The notes under the pieces: model-generated | What the model saw: only the letters and a program-made list of their open reading frames with translations | Databases searched by the model: none | What the model was told of the DNA's origin: nothing | In this document: one piece after another, positions 63,583 through 64,000 of the stretch | How the letters are laid out: every line of letters starts with the position of its first letter | Numbering within the stretch: the first letter of the stretch is position 1 | Program-made: the position numbers and the translations under genes | Source: a virus | Taxonomy: Duplodnaviria > Caudoviricetes | Length of the DNA stretch: 64,000 nucleotides | IMG/VR virus record: IMGVR_UViG_3300029798_000001 | Reading direction: 5' to 3' (one strand)

Positions 63583-63781
63583 TTCCAAAAGTCGTAGCCT
63601 GGTAAAAACTATTAGTTGGCGTTTAACTGGTAGTTTTTCTACTTTTCTAATTTCTTTTATTATTTTGGGTAATTTTACTATAGCAGGATCAATTGCTGTG
63701 ATCCAAATTATAGCTAATACCACGTTATATTACATACATGAACGATTTTGGGACCGTATTACTTGGGGTAAACGTAACTAA
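63575..63781 (+). CDS. DUF2061-like membrane protein
   Basis: RSLVKTISWR...YYIHERFW.RI.WG. Confidence 0.8.
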   Translation: MSDSKSRSLVKTISWRLTGSFSTFLISFIILGNFTIAGSIAVIQIIANTTLYYIHERFWDRITWGKRN

Positions 63782-63808
63782 ATATTGGTATCGACGGAGC
63801 ACAATACC

Positions 63809-64000
63809 ATGGAAATTAGACAAGATCAACTCGCACAAATCCTACCCGGCAACGCCTACATAGAACACTGGACGGATGCTTTAAACAAGATTCTACCCGA
63901 CTATGACATCACTACACCACAGCGTGTGGCCGCCTTTTTAGGTGAAACCTATGTGGAAAGTGCTGGTTATACAGCCCTACACGAAAACTTGAACTACACA
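63809..64000 (+). CDS. GH19 endolysin (N-terminal part, runs off window)
   Basis: GGAG SD; ITTPQRVAAFLGETYVESAG...ENLNY. Confidence 0.8.
   Translation, partial: MEIRQDQLAQILPGNAYIEHWTDALNKILPDYDITTPQRVAAFLGETYVESAGYTALHENLNYT

Noticed and set aside
1-64000. Bacterial chromosome or prophage interpretation (clpP, infA, sod, iscA, phoH, Bug)
   Set aside because: These genes are isolated among T4-like structural/replication genes, late TAAATA promoters and dense micro-ORF arrays; no integrase or housekeeping operons.
1-64000. Stop-codon reassignment
   Set aside because: Long conserved genes are intact in code 11, and TAA, TAG and TGA all end genes at expected positions.

Overview
The window is a 64-kb segment of a large T4-like tailed phage genome, not a bacterial chromosome. 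The evidence is baseplate/tail-fibre genes with the gp9/gp10-type INxG..NDG.GD.LR.AF N-terminus, a gp44-like clamp loader, a gp30.2-like HAD, a GroES/gp31-like co-chaperonin, PhoH, free-standing GIY-YIG and HNH homing endonucleases, a GH19 endolysin, about 17 sigma70-type TTGAC-N17-TATAAT early promoters and many T4-late-like TAA(A/G)TA promoters. It reads normally in genetic code 11. Host-like genes (clpP, infA, Fe/Mn-SOD, IscA/ErpA, Bug/TctC receptor, phasin-like, DUF3563-like) suggest a betaproteobacterial, probably freshwater, host (inference). The most notable content is: (1) a PlcP-like phosphodiesterase plus Agt-like GT4 pair preceded by Pho-box-like repeats and a small terminated RNA, i.e. 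a candidate phage-borne phosphorus-saving lipid-remodelling module; (2) a DUF3563-like/GNAT/phasin-like unit whose two promoters share a PhaR-like operator; (3) two large, highly structured intergenic RNAs (~25951-26177 and ~38250-38520); (4) a 7-kb nuclease-helicase/methyltransferase/ParB-like island; (5) a late operon combining a di-iron protein, amidotransferase, Bug receptor, 2OG oxygenase, two sulfotransferase-like proteins and an APS-kinase-nucleotidyltransferase fusion; (6) a Hint-domain tail fibre, a stand-alone DnaE fragment and a SOD with a possible head-targeting leader. No tRNA, CRISPR array, integrase or reverse transcriptase was seen. All family assignments come from motif reading by eye, without database searches.
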